NCBI GenBank assembly: GCA_032250735.1
Contig: JAVVEP010000008.1
Location: 1,775 to 65,774, forward strand
Length of the DNA stretch: 64,000 bases
Reading direction: 5' to 3'
From: Gammaproteobacteria bacterium
GTDB taxonomy: Bacteria; Pseudomonadota; Gammaproteobacteria; SZUA-152
The notes under the pieces are model-generated. The model made no database searches. It saw only the letters and a list, made by a program, of their open reading frames with translations, and was not told the origin of the DNA. Positions 50,414 to 61,241 of this stretch are shown piece by piece. The translations under genes were made by a program, and so were the position numbers. The stretch's first letter is position 1; each line of letters opens with the position of its first letter.

Positions 50414-51475
50414 CTAGCCCGCATTTCGACCCGCATCCGGCCAGCCGGCCGCCACCACAAATCCGCGCGCCACCTCCAGCCAACCGTCGGCGCCGGGCCG
50501 CAGCTCCGCCAGCAACAGCGCAGAACGGTGATGCAGGAAATGTTGCGCGCAATATTGCTCCGCCTCGGCATCGCTCAACAGGCCGGCGGATTTCTCATCG
50601 GCGCAGCAGGCGGTTGAGAGCCAGCTCAACTTTGTCAGAACCCACCAGCGAGAATCGGCACATCGCTTCGGCAGTGCGGTCTCGCCATGGCGCAGCCACC
50701 AGCCCCGCAGATGCGCCGGTGAAATAGCGAACGCCGAATGCGGGCTTGCGCCAGTGTGTTTTGAGTGCACCTCGGTCTCGCGGTCCAGCGGGTAAAACAG
50801 ATAACCCTTGATGAAGGCGGAGGCATTGACCGCTAGCGCCGAAAAGCGCTCGGCCACGACGCTACCCTCTGCGGTCTCTGCGAGCCGTAACTGATGCTCA
50901 AACATGCGGCGCAGTTTGAGATCCAGTCGATCCTGGCTCGCCGGCCCCAGCCAGCGCGCCTCACCGGCCTCACTTTCACAGTACAGGTAAAATTTAACCG
51001 TGGCCTCCCAGTGCTGAAGAAGGGGACGATCCTGGTGGGCAAATAAAAAGTCAAATTCCCCCAGGGTCTTGCGGCCGGTAACTTTCAGTGTCTGGAAGAC
51101 TGGGACGTTCATGCAAAAGGGATCTGCTTGCAGGATACGTTCAAGCCAATAGGCCAGCAGCCTCTCGAAATAGAAACCCAGGCGGTGGCTTTTTTGCGCG
51201 GCAAGATAGCGGTGCAAGGGCTCGGGGTTTTCATCCAGCCGATGCAGGACGTGTTCATGTGCAGCATAGGTCTGCTGACACCAGTCATCCGAGACCAGAT
51301 GGCAGGCACCGGTGGACGCCTCCATCAGACCGGGGCTCAGCATGACCCAGGCAAGATCTCGCACCGCTGCCTGTTTAAAGGCCGATATTGTAAGGGCCGG
51401 TGTCTGCACTGTTGTGATTCTCACCATGGTTGGTAGCGTTCTCGACAAGCCTGGCACGGCCAGAACCGCTGTCAT
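50414..51475 (-). CDS. conserved hypothetical protein (resembles DUF1853 family)
   Basis: Long ORF with backbone-like GC content and no catalytic motif recognised. Start may be the internal MVRITTV. Confidence 0.5.
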   Translation of the reverse strand: MTAVLAVPGLSRTLPTMVRITTVQTPALTISAFKQAAVRDLAWVMLSPGLMEASTGACHLVSDDWCQQTYAAHEHVLHRLDENPEPLHRYLAAQKSHRLGFYFERLLAYWLERILQADPFCMNVPVFQTLKVTGRKTLGEFDFLFAHQDRPLLQHWEATVKFYLYCESEAGEARWLGPASQDRLDLKLRRMFEHQLRLAETAEGSVVAERFSALAVNASAFIKGYLFYPLDRETEVHSKHTGASPHSAFAISPAHLRGWWLRHGETALPKRCADSRWWVLTKLSWLSTACCADEKSAGLLSDAEAEQYCAQHFLHHRSALLLAELRPGADGWLEVARGFVVAAGWPDAGRNAG

Positions 51476-51524
51476 GATTAACGGGACAGGCCAAGATTTC
51501 TTCCACGTTTTTTTCCGCTTTTGC

Positions 51525-52790
51525 TTACGAAGGCGACGCCAGTTTCAGACCCAGCATCAGATCCATCACATTGGTCCCCGTGGGTCCGGTGCGAATCAGG
51601 TCGCCACTCGCCGCCAGAAAATTTCCCGCATCGGCCTCGCGCAGGGCCTGCGCCGGATCAAGCCCGGACCGGCGAGCGCGTGCGATGCTCTGCGCATCCA
51701 CCAGGGCGCCTGCATCCTGCGTCGGCCCATCCGTACCATCGGTGCCCGCCGCCAGAAAATAACACGCCGACCGACCCACGAGGGCGGACGCGACAACCAG
51801 GGCCATGTGCTGATTGCGCCCCCCGCGCCCGGGTTGTGGGGGCAGGCAAAGACTGGTCTCTCCACCCCAGATGTGAAACGCGGGCTTTGTATCACACAAC
51901 TGTTGTGCCAGATGACGCCCCACCATCTCGGTATCGCCGCTGATCATCGGTCGATGCCGGATCACCGCATAGCCCAATGCCTTCGCTGCATCGGCGGCCG
52001 CCTGTGTTGCGTCATCCAGACAGGCAATAATTTTCGCATCGAGCGTATCAAAACAGGCGTCCCCATTCCGTGGCGCGGGCGGCGCTGGCGGCAGTGCCGT
52101 TATCCATGCCGGCAGGTCTGTATACGCATCACCATCATGCGGATCCGCATCGCCATCGGCGAACAGCAGTCCGGAGCCGATCATCTCCGGGCGATCGCCC
52201 GGCACATCGGAGATCAGCAGACAGGTCGCCTTGCGGCCTTTCAGCCAGCGGGCCAGACGCCCCCCCTTGATACACGACAGACGCTGGCGAACACGGTTCA
52301 TGGCGGCAATGCCCCAGCCATTGGACAGCAGCCAGTGATTCACCCGCTGCAGCTGATCGAGTGACACGCCCTCAGGCAGCACCTCCACCAGGGAAGAGGC
52401 TCCCCCCGATATCAGGAACACGAACTGCACCTGTGGCGGCTGATCGTCCATGAAGGCCAGTAACGTCCCGCCCGCCGCCAGACTGTGCTGATCAGGGAGC
52501 GGATGCCCCGCCGTCATCACCACCAACTTGTCGTGGGCGAGGGCCTCGCCACGCGCATCATGCTGCTTGGTAATCACCAGGCCCGCAACCATCCGCTCAC
52601 CCAGCACCGACAAGGCACCCCGCATCATGCTCTCCGCCGCCTTGCCGATGGCGACCACCGCCAGCGGGTGCGCGGCGGGCCATGCCGTCAGGCCCATTTC
52701 CAACAAGGCCTGACGTGTCCGCTCCTCACCCCGCACGGCCAAAAGCGCCTGGCGGTAAACCGCCAGCAGATGATCTCGTGGTGAGGTCAT
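51525..52790 (-). CDS. glycerate 2-kinase (GckA/TtuD, MOFRL family)
   Basis: Start MTSPRDHLLAVYRQALLAV (ATG 52790; ORF-track extension to 53096 rejected). DUF4147 + MOFRL domains. Confidence 0.8.
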   Translation of the reverse strand: MTSPRDHLLAVYRQALLAVRGEERTRQALLEMGLTAWPAAHPLAVVAIGKAAESMMRGALSVLGERMVAGLVITKQHDARGEALAHDKLVVMTAGHPLPDQHSLAAGGTLLAFMDDQPPQVQFVFLISGGASSLVEVLPEGVSLDQLQRVNHWLLSNGWGIAAMNRVRQRLSCIKGGRLARWLKGRKATCLLISDVPGDRPEMIGSGLLFADGDADPHDGDAYTDLPAWITALPPAPPAPRNGDACFDTLDAKIIACLDDATQAAADAAKALGYAVIRHRPMISGDTEMVGRHLAQQLCDTKPAFHIWGGETSLCLPPQPGRGGRNQHMALVVASALVGRSACYFLAAGTDGTDGPTQDAGALVDAQSIARARRSGLDPAQALREADAGNFLAASGDLIRTGPTGTNVMDLMLGLKLASPS

Positions 52791-52924
52791 GTCCGGTCTA
52801 ATAGCCCTCCGAGCCTGTAAAAAATCGCCAGTCGACGCAAGGCCAGCAGCCTTGCCGAATGTCGGTAGTCTGGGTATCCTGAATCGCAGGATCCCACAAT
52901 AACAACGCCAAAGATGATTCTGCC

Positions 52925-55900
52925 ATGGACTGCAAGCAATGTGGATTTCAAAACCCCGGTGGCATGCGCTTCTGCGGGCAATGCGCCTCCCCCCTGCAGA
53001 TCGCCTGTCCCCGGTGCCGGTTTGACAACCCCTTCGACTTTGAATACTGCGGACAGTGCGCCGCGCGTCTATCGCCATTATCCGACTATCCCGCACCGGC
53101 CGCGGCGCCCGGTGCGATCCGCGAATCCACTACCCGCCTTCCCCGCACCGAACCCGCCAGTCTAAAACCGAAGGAGGCAGAACGCCGCCAGCTCACCGTA
53201 CTGTTTTGCGACATGGTGGGCTCCTCATCCCTGTCATCCCGCATCGATCCGGAAGAACTGCGCGACATCATGCGCGACTACCGCATTACCTGCAGCGAGA
53301 TCATCAGTCGTTACGACGGCCACGTTGCCCAGTACCTGGGCGACGGCGTGCTGGTCTATTTTGGTTACCCTCACGCCCACGAAGACGACGCGCAGAGAGC
53401 GACCCACGCCGCACTGGAAATCACCAAACGCATCCCACAACACACGTATCCGCTACAGCATCGCGCCGAGGTACAACTCGCCGTACGCGTCGGCGTACAC
53501 ACCGGCCTGGTGGTGGTCGGCGGGATCGGTGCCGGCGACAAACGCTCGATGGCGCTGGGCGAGACACCCAACATCGCCGCCCGCATCCAGGACCACGCCG
53601 CAGAAAATACCGTGGTAGTGAGCGAAAACACGCGCCAGCTACTGGGTGAACGCTTTGATTATGAAACCCAGGGTGAGCATCGGCTGAAGGGATTCTCCCA
53701 GCCGCTGGAACTGTTCTCCATTACCGGCGTACGGGTACAGAAAAACCGATTCTCCGCCAGACAGCAGCACAGTCAGGCCAGACTCATCGGCCGTGAACAG
53801 GAAACGGACCTGTTGCGTGAGCGACTCGCCCAGGCACGCAAAGGCGTCGGCCAGATTGTGTTACTCAACGCCGATCCCGGCCTTGGAAAGACCCGCATGG
53901 TCGAGGCCGTGTGTGATTGGGCCAGGGATGAGCCCTGCATTGTTCTGGATTGCTGCGGCGCACCCTACTATAAAAATAGTTTTTTATACCCGGTAATCGA
54001 CCTGCTAAAACGCATCACCGGCCTGTGCGACATACCCGATGCACACCAACAACGTGCGCGTATTGAAAAAATTATCGCCAGCCTGGGTATGGAGACAGAA
54101 ACCGTTACGCCGGTCCTGGCGGATCTGCTTTCCATCCCCTTATCCGGCACGGACACCGAACCTACCGACAAGAGCATCTTCACACCGCACCAGAAAAAAC
54201 TCCAAATCCTGGACACACTGGCGGCACTGTTAAAAACATTGGCACAACAGCGTTTCGTGTTGCTGGTCGTGGAAGACCTGCACTGGGTGGATCCCTCCAC
54301 CATCGAATTACTTTCGCAACTCGTCAATCAACCGGGGCTGAGCAATATTTTCGCCCTGTTTAGCTTCCGCAATGACTTCACCTCCCCCTGGCAGGCCCGC
54401 GCCAACCTGACACAGATCACCCTGAACCGTCTCACCCGGAAACAGTCCGGCAGCATGATCCGGCAGCTATGCCAGGGCAAAACCCTGCCGATGGAGGTCT
54501 TTTCGGAAATCATCAACAAGACCGACGGCATACCCTTATTCGTCGAAGAGCTGACCAATACGGTATTACGCTCCACACTATTAGTCGAAAAAGGGGAGCA
54601 TTTCGCACTCACCACCGGCATGGAAAGGCTAGGCATTCCGGCAACACTAAAAGACTCCCTTATGTCACGCCTGGATCACCTGGGTGATGACAAGGAGCTG
54701 GCACAGCTCGGCGCCACCCTGGGGCGCGAATTCAGTCACCAGCTATTGAGCGCGGCCACCATGCAGGACGAGAGCGAACTGCAATCCGCCATTAACCGGT
54801 TGATCAATGCCGGGCTATTATCCCAGCGTGGGCAACCGCCGCAGGTGCATTATCGATTCCAGCACGCCCTGTTGCGTGAAGCGGCCTACCACTCACTATT
54901 GAAAAAGACCCGCCAACAATATCACCAGCGGGTTTCTGTTCTGATCAAAGAAAAATTTCCAGACATCATCACCGGCAATCCCGAGATTATCGCCCATCAC
55001 TGCACCAGGGCAGGCAACCATAGCGATGCCCTGCACCATTGGCTTGCGGCCGGTCGTTACGCCATACAGCGATCCGCCAATATTGAAGCTGCGGCGCATC
55101 TGCGCAATGGGCTTGATGTGCTCAAAAACATTCCCCCCACCTCCCAGACCCATTTACATGAACTCGCCCTGCAGACCTCGCTCGGTCTTGCGGTAATGAT
55201 CAGCAAGGGTTACGCAGCGCCAGAGGTCGAAGAGGCCTACGCCCGGGCCCATGAGCTGTGCAAAAGCATTAGCGATGAAAATACGGTATTCCCGGTTTTA
55301 TGCGGCCTGTGGGAGTTTTACATTGTCCGCGCAGATCTGGACAAGGCCTCCAGACTCGCCAACGAATTGCACAAGATGGCCGCATCGTCAAAGCTGCACT
55401 GTATTTCACAGGAGGCACATCGCGCACTGGGAACCACCCAGTTCTGGAAAGGTGAATTTTCCGCGGCATTAGACAATCTCCAGTTACCGTTAGGTACGGA
55501 GACAGACAACGCCACCTTCCCTTCGACGCTGGTATCCTACAGCCAGGATGCGCGTGTAGCTGCCCACGCCAGCGCCAGCTGCGTACTCTGGCTACTCGGC
55601 CGCCCCGAACAGGCCATCGCACGCGGTCAACATGCACTGCACCTCGCCAAGGGACTCGCCCACCCCTTTAGCCAGGCCTACGCCTTAAATTTCCTGGGAA
55701 CACTGTCACAGCTTTGCGGCGATCATTCGCTGACCTATCAATACGCCGATGCACAGATTGCCCTGGCCGAAACCTACGGCTTCCCATTCTGGGTCGCGAC
55801 AGGAAAAATGTTAAAGTCCTGGGCAGAGTCTCCAACACAGACGCCGGAGCTTACCTGTGAGACCTTTCAACAGGCACTTACCGATTACGAGAATTCAGGC

Positions 55901-56389
55901 AACCGTCTGGCACGTCCCTATTTCCAGGCGATCCTTATCGGCCTGTTGCAGAATGCCGGACAGGTTGCACTGGCCGAACATTGCGTCGAAACGGCGCTGC
56001 AGGAAACCGCACACAATGGCGAAACATTTTTTGACGCGGAGCTCTTACGCCTAAAGGGTGAACTGGCGCTGACACAGAATCCCCCGGACATCAGCGCCGC
56101 CGAAGGCCTCTTCATCCAGGCCTATGAATATGCCCGTCAGCAGGCAGCAAATGCCCTCGCACTGCGGGCAATGACCAGCCTGACACGGTTACTTTGCACC
56201 GGGCCAACAGACAACCATCGCAGCATGGATTTTGAAACCTCCCTGGAAAATGCCGGCAACCAGCTAGCACAGCTTCTCGCCTCGTTTTCGGATAACCGTC
56301 GCACGGCGGATATCCTGGTTGCCGAGCAATTACTGGCCTCCCTGCAAAACGAGGTTGCCACGCACCCTTCCACTGACTTTTCCACTTAA
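52925..56389 (+). CDS. double zinc-ribbon / class III nucleotidyl cyclase / STAND P-loop NTPase / TPR protein
   Basis: N-terminal CKQCGF...CGQC...CPRCRF...CGQC; cyclase domain LTVLFCDMVGSS...VRVGVHTG; Walker A LLNADPGLGKTRM; C-terminal ~500 aa TPR-like helical repeats. Low GC. Confidence 0.8.
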   Translation: MDCKQCGFQNPGGMRFCGQCASPLQIACPRCRFDNPFDFEYCGQCAARLSPLSDYPAPAAAPGAIRESTTRLPRTEPASLKPKEAERRQLTVLFCDMVGSSSLSSRIDPEELRDIMRDYRITCSEIISRYDGHVAQYLGDGVLVYFGYPHAHEDDAQRATHAALEITKRIPQHTYPLQHRAEVQLAVRVGVHTGLVVVGGIGAGDKRSMALGETPNIAARIQDHAAENTVVVSENTRQLLGERFDYETQGEHRLKGFSQPLELFSITGVRVQKNRFSARQQHSQARLIGREQETDLLRERLAQARKGVGQIVLLNADPGLGKTRMVEAVCDWARDEPCIVLDCCGAPYYKNSFLYPVIDLLKRITGLCDIPDAHQQRARIEKIIASLGMETETVTPVLADLLSIPLSGTDTEPTDKSIFTPHQKKLQILDTLAALLKTLAQQRFVLLVVEDLHWVDPSTIELLSQLVNQPGLSNIFALFSFRNDFTSPWQARANLTQITLNRLTRKQSGSMIRQLCQGKTLPMEVFSEIINKTDGIPLFVEELTNTVLRSTLLVEKGEHFALTTGMERLGIPATLKDSLMSRLDHLGDDKELAQLGATLGREFSHQLLSAATMQDESELQSAINRLINAGLLSQRGQPPQVHYRFQHALLREAAYHSLLKKTRQQYHQRVSVLIKEKFPDIITGNPEIIAHHCTRAGNHSDALHHWLAAGRYAIQRSANIEAAAHLRNGLDVLKNIPPTSQTHLHELALQTSLGLAVMISKGYAAPEVEEAYARAHELCKSISDENTVFPVLCGLWEFYIVRADLDKASRLANELHKMAASSKLHCISQEAHRALGTTQFWKGEFSAALDNLQLPLGTETDNATFPSTLVSYSQDARVAAHASASCVLWLLGRPEQAIARGQHALHLAKGLAHPFSQAYALNFLGTLSQLCGDHSLTYQYADAQIALAETYGFPFWVATGKMLKSWAESPTQTPELTCETFQQALTDYENSGNRLARPYFQAILIGLLQNAGQVALAEHCVETALQETAHNGETFFDAELLRLKGELALTQNPPDISAAEGLFIQAYEYARQQAANALALRAMTSLTRLLCTGPTDNHRSMDFETSLENAGNQLAQLLASFSDNRRTADILVAEQLLASLQNEVATHPSTDFST

Positions 56390-56805
56390 GAAACGCACAC
56401 CCACGATTCCGCCCAACCCCCGGCAGCACAGTCAAGCTACCGACCCTGTCCAGAAAAACACCCGTAGCGCGATGTTTTATCTGGTTTTTATTTTTCTCTC
56501 GCCCGCCGCAATCCATTGACCGGTTATTGTAACTACCGAGAAGAACAGTAACCCCGCAACAAATCGCGCCATTCCGCTCGCTTTTTCCATCCGCTGGTTG
56601 CAGACAATCCTTTCAGCAGCGCCCTTTCAGCAAGCACTGGCTGATAAATAAAAATTTAAAGCGCCACATTGATTGGACGATATCCACATCAAGAGGCATA
56701 GAGAAGCAAGACCATCGTCGGTTTATTGCGAGTCTAATCACCGGGCATCTTAATCAATGGCCGTAATGTTTCACATTGAGAAAGAAGTGATTCAGGCCCA
56801 GTGAA

Positions 56806-58248
56806 ATGGCATGGGTTGATGAAAAGGGCGACGAAAAGGCGATGAAAAGGACAATGAAAAATTCCACAACCAGTGATAGCCGCAGGAACACAGCCGCGTT
56901 CTCGCCATCCGCTAAATCATCCGCAGTGACATCACTTGCCATTCGGCCAGCAGCGAATCGCTTATATTTACTGGTTGTCTATTTTCTTGCGCTTAATTTT
57001 CTTATTCTTGGCACCAGTCATGCCGCCATAAACAGCATAGCGGATCCGGCAACTATTGATCAGCGCGCAACCCTACGCTCATTCAACGAAATCACCCCCG
57101 TTGCTGAAGACCTATGGACAAACCTCACTATCCATTTCGTCACGCTCTATGAACAGGGCGAATACCAGGCGGCATTGCGCACTGCGGAACAGACCCACAA
57201 GATTGCCCTCAATAATTTTGGCATTGATGATGTCAATACCGCCGACACATTACTGAAGCTTGGCATCATCAATCAGACACTCGGTAGGTTATCGGTAGCG
57301 GAAGACCATCTGCTTGGCTCGCTGGTGATATTAGAGCAACAGCTCAGCCCGGATCATCCCGACGTGGCCGTTGCTGCCACCAATCTCGCCAATGTCTACT
57401 TTGACATGAAACGCTTTGCCGATTCTGAACACTATCATCAACAGGCTTTACGCATACGCCAGAATGCCTTTGGCGATACCCATCCGATGGTTGCGCAATC
57501 CATCTACAATCTTGCGGTTCTGTATGAGGGTGAAGAAAAATTCAGCAAGGCCGAATCGTATTACCAACAAGCGATCACCCTATGGACAGAAGGCGAAGGC
57601 CCCTTACATCCCTATGTTGGCAATGCCTTATCCAGCCTGGCAAAGGCGTATATCGCACAAGCAAAATTCCAGCAGGCGGAAGATACGCTGAAACAGGTGC
57701 TGACTTACAAAAAGGCGGTTTTGGGTGTTCAGCATGAGGAAGTTGCGCAGACCCTCGTCAACCTCGGCAGCACCTACCTGGAACAGGGAAAATTTAATCG
57801 CGCCAGCAGGGCCTATGCTGAGGCGCTGAGTATAGCCCAGGGTTTACTGTCCTCTTCCGACCCTCAGCTCGCCCTGTTGATGTATACGCTGGCCAATATC
57901 TACCACATGCAGGCACGCGTAGGCGCAGACAATAGCAGCTTTACGAGCCGTGCCGTTGCGAACAGTGGAAGCACCACGAAAGATGAAAAGCCTGTAGACC
58001 AGCCGAGCGACATTGCGACCGCTGATGAGGCCGGGGTGGAAAAAACCGATACCGCGACAAGGCAATCGACGGCCCTGTTTGAACAGGCATTACCACTTTA
58101 CAAACAGGCGGCCGAAATCCTGGATCGCGAGCACGACAAAAATGGCTCGACACTGGAGGTGGTGCTCACCGAACTTGCCATGCTCTACAAGGCAATCGGC
58201 AATAACGACATGGCCACCGCCACCGAGTCACGCCTCTTGAGGCGCTAG
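56806..58248 (+). CDS. TPR-repeat protein (TPR_10/12-like), N-terminal TM
   Basis: Multiple 34-aa repeats with A/Y/L pattern (…AQSIYNLAVLYEGEEKFSKAESYYQQAI…). Start codon uncertain (56806/56845/56857). Confidence 0.7.
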   Translation: MAWVDEKGDEKAMKRTMKNSTTSDSRRNTAAFSPSAKSSAVTSLAIRPAANRLYLLVVYFLALNFLILGTSHAAINSIADPATIDQRATLRSFNEITPVAEDLWTNLTIHFVTLYEQGEYQAALRTAEQTHKIALNNFGIDDVNTADTLLKLGIINQTLGRLSVAEDHLLGSLVILEQQLSPDHPDVAVAATNLANVYFDMKRFADSEHYHQQALRIRQNAFGDTHPMVAQSIYNLAVLYEGEEKFSKAESYYQQAITLWTEGEGPLHPYVGNALSSLAKAYIAQAKFQQAEDTLKQVLTYKKAVLGVQHEEVAQTLVNLGSTYLEQGKFNRASRAYAEALSIAQGLLSSSDPQLALLMYTLANIYHMQARVGADNSSFTSRAVANSGSTTKDEKPVDQPSDIATADEAGVEKTDTATRQSTALFEQALPLYKQAAEILDREHDKNGSTLEVVLTELAMLYKAIGNNDMATATESRLLRR

Positions 58249-58251
58249 CAC

Positions 58252-59442
58252 TCAGAGCAGATCCAGGCCGCGTGCCAGATCGGCCTTGATATCCTCAATA
58301 TCTTCCAGCCCTACCGCGATACGCACCAGACCATCACTGACCCCTGCCTCGGCGCGCAGCTGAGGATCAACCCGACCGTGTGTGGTCGTGGCGGGATGCG
58401 TGATGGTGGTTTTTGTGTCGCCAAGATTGGCGGTGATCGACAATAACCGGGTATTGTCGATCACCTTCCAGGCCGCCGCCTGCCCACCGTTAAGCTCAAA
58501 AGACAGCACACCCCCTGCGCCGCTTTGTTGCTGTGCAGCCAGGGCATATTGGGGATGCGAGACCAGTCCGGGGTAGTTGACGCGAGTTACCGCGGCTTGC
58601 GACTCCAGCCATTCCGCCAGCAGCTGTGCATTTCGACAATGCGCCTCCATGCGAATACGCAGCGTTTCCAGACCTTTCAGAAATACCCAGGCATTAAACG
58701 GGCTCATGTTGGTGCCGCCAGTGCGCACCACACCATAGATATCACCGCCGACACATTCCTCGCTGCCCACAATGGCACCGCCAATACAGCGCCCCTGGCC
58801 ATCCAGATATTTGGTGGCGGAATGAATGACGATGTCCGCACCAAACTCCAGTGGCCGCTGTAATGCCGGCGTGCAGAAGCAATTATCCACCACCAGTTGG
58901 CAGCCATGAGCATGGGCCAGCTCCGCCATGGCCCGAATATCGGCAATCTCGGTCACCGGGTTCGAGGGCGTCTCCAGGAATAACAATTTGGTGTTGGGGC
59001 GAATCGCCGCCTCCCATGCGGCCAGATCCGTCAACGGCACGTACGAGGTTTCCACCCCAAAGCGGGCAAGGATGTTGTTAAACAAGACGACGGTCGTGCC
59101 AAAGATAGCCCGCGATGAAACAATATGGTCACCGGCTTTCAGCAGCCCCAGACAGGTCGTCAGGATCGCGCCCATGCCCGAGGCTGTTGCCACGCAGCGT
59201 TCTCCACCCTCCAGCGCCGCCAGCCGTTTTTCAAAGGTGCGCACAGTGGGATTGGTGAAGCGTGAATAGATATTGCCCGGTTCTTCACCGGAAAACCGTG
59301 CCGCCGCCTGTGCCGCGCTGCTATACACATAACTGGAGGTGGTGAAAATCGCTTCGCCCTGCTCGCCTTCATTGGTACGCTCATGCCCGGCGCGTACCGC
59401 CAGGGTATCAAACCCGAAGGGTGTTTCATCTTCATGTGACAT
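58252..59442 (-). CDS. metZ: O-succinylhomoserine sulfhydrylase / cystathionine gamma-synthase family (PLP)
   Basis: FDTLAVRAGH...IFTTSSYVY...SATKYLDG PLP-lysine motif. ATG 59442 (MSHEDET); alternative GTG at 59457. Confidence 0.85.
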   Translation of the reverse strand: MSHEDETPFGFDTLAVRAGHERTNEGEQGEAIFTTSSYVYSSAAQAAARFSGEEPGNIYSRFTNPTVRTFEKRLAALEGGERCVATASGMGAILTTCLGLLKAGDHIVSSRAIFGTTVVLFNNILARFGVETSYVPLTDLAAWEAAIRPNTKLLFLETPSNPVTEIADIRAMAELAHAHGCQLVVDNCFCTPALQRPLEFGADIVIHSATKYLDGQGRCIGGAIVGSEECVGGDIYGVVRTGGTNMSPFNAWVFLKGLETLRIRMEAHCRNAQLLAEWLESQAAVTRVNYPGLVSHPQYALAAQQQSGAGGVLSFELNGGQAAAWKVIDNTRLLSITANLGDTKTTITHPATTTHGRVDPQLRAEAGVSDGLVRIAVGLEDIEDIKADLARGLDLL

Positions 59443-59669
59443 TGTTTTGCCTCGCACTGTCTATGTCTGTACATCCACTATCAATCTGGCACGCATAATC
59501 TGGCACGCACAAAAAAACCCGCTCAGCTGATGCCAAAGCAGGTCTCCGTAGTTCACGTCAACTCGCTTTAGCCGTATTTGTTACGCGCCCGCAAGCTGAA
59601 TCAAATCGGCGCAGGGACCAGACTAGTAAAGTCAGCTGGTCCCGTCAAGCATTCATACTCGGTCTGATA

Positions 59670-61178
59670 TTACGGTGAATTGTGCAGCTCAATGACCGCC
59701 TCATCACCATCCTGGGCACTACGCGCACCGTCATTTCGCTTGCTCTCGACGAAGTCCAGATAATCCTGGGTAATATCGCCGGTAACGTACTTGCCATCAA
59801 ACACGGAGGTGTCGAAATTTTCCACCGCGGACTTACCGTGGCGCGTGGTCTCGATCAGATCTTCCAGATCCTGATAAACCAGCCAGTCGGCGCCAATCAC
59901 CTCCGCAATCTGTTTTTCATCGCGATCATGCCCCACTAGCTCGGCCACCGAGGGCATATCGATGCCATAAACATTCGGGTAACGAACCGGCGGCGCGGCA
60001 GAGGCAAAGTACACCTTGTTGGCGCCGGCGTGACGCGCCATCTGAATAATCTGTTGTGAGGTGGTGCCACGCACGATGGAGTCGTCCACCAGCAGGACGT
60101 TCTTCCCCTTGAACTCCAGCTCAATGGCATTCAATTTCTGGCGTACGGATTTTTTACGCTGCTTTTGACCGGGCATGATGAAGGTACGGCCAATGTAGCG
60201 GTTCTTGATGAAGCCCTCCCGGTAGACCACGTCCAGCTCATACGACAACTGCAGTGCCGAGGTGCGACTGGTGTCGGGAATGGGAATCACCACATCAATA
60301 TCGTGATCCGGATACACGCGTTTAATCTTCTTGGCCAGCATCTCGCCCATGCGCAGGCGCGCCTTGTAAACCGAAATGCCGTCGATGATGGAATCGGGGC
60401 GGGCGAAATAGACATGCTCAAAAATACAGGGAGAGGCCTTGGGATTATCGGCGCATTGACGGGTGCTGAGATTGCCTTTCACATCAATGAATATTGCCTC
60501 ACCTGGCGCAATGTCACGCACCAGATCAAAACCCAGTGAATCAATGGCAACGCTTTCGGAGGCCACCACGTATTCGTCGCCACGCGGTGTTTCGCGCTTG
60601 CCGAATACCACCGGACGAATACCGTGGGGATCACGGAATGCCACAATGCCGTAACCGGTGATCATCGCCACCACCGCATAGGCGCCCCGGCAACGACGAT
60701 GCACGGCGGTCACGGCCTCAAACACATCATTGGCATCCAGTGTCAGTTTGCCGACGTGTTGCAGCTCGTGGGCGAACACATTGAGCAGCACCTCGGAATC
60801 AGAATCGGTATTGATGTGACGACGATCGGCGCGAAACAGATCGCGTTTGAGCTCGGCGGCATTGGTGAGATTGCCGTTGTGCGCCAGCGAAATACCAAAC
60901 GGCGAGTTCACATAAAAGGGTTGCGCCTCCGCCGAGGAAAAGCAGCCTGCGGTCGGGTAACGCACGTGGCCAATACCCATTGAACCCTGCAGGCGCAGCA
61001 TATGCTGGGTGTGAAACACATCGCGCACCAGGCCGTTATCCTTACGCATATACAGCCGGCGCTGATGACAGGTGACGATACCTGCCGCATCCTGTCCACG
61101 GTGTTGCAATACCGTTAAACCGTCGTACAAATTCTGGTTAACATTTTCTGTTCCGACGATACCGATTATGCCGCACAT
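59670..61178 (-). CDS. purF: amidophosphoribosyltransferase
   Basis: [10 protein letters not shown]-terminal nucleophile Cys; PRT domain. Confidence 0.95.
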   Translation of the reverse strand: MCGIIGIVGTENVNQNLYDGLTVLQHRGQDAAGIVTCHQRRLYMRKDNGLVRDVFHTQHMLRLQGSMGIGHVRYPTAGCFSSAEAQPFYVNSPFGISLAHNGNLTNAAELKRDLFRADRRHINTDSDSEVLLNVFAHELQHVGKLTLDANDVFEAVTAVHRRCRGAYAVVAMITGYGIVAFRDPHGIRPVVFGKRETPRGDEYVVASESVAIDSLGFDLVRDIAPGEAIFIDVKGNLSTRQCADNPKASPCIFEHVYFARPDSIIDGISVYKARLRMGEMLAKKIKRVYPDHDIDVVIPIPDTSRTSALQLSYELDVVYREGFIKNRYIGRTFIMPGQKQRKKSVRQKLNAIELEFKGKNVLLVDDSIVRGTTSQQIIQMARHAGANKVYFASAAPPVRYPNVYGIDMPSVAELVGHDRDEKQIAEVIGADWLVYQDLEDLIETTRHGKSAVENFDTSVFDGKYVTGDITQDYLDFVESKRNDGARSAQDGDEAVIELHNSP

Positions 61179-61241
61179 CTGAGATACCTCATTTAATCAC
61201 CCAAAAGCCCAATCATCGACTACAGATCATTGGCTAAAAAA

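Noticed and set aside
51312-52364. 350-aa + strand ORF
   Set aside because: Antisense to the DUF1853 and glycerate kinase genes.
52791-53096. N-terminal 100-aa extension of the glycerate kinase ORF
   Set aside because: The extension is Arg/Cys-rich with no similarity. The conserved kinase N-terminus begins at MTSPRDHLLAVY with its own ATG.
59458-59669. SAM riboswitch upstream of metZ
   Set aside because: Could not recognise SAM-I/II/V consensus elements by eye. Left as a weak regulatory candidate only.
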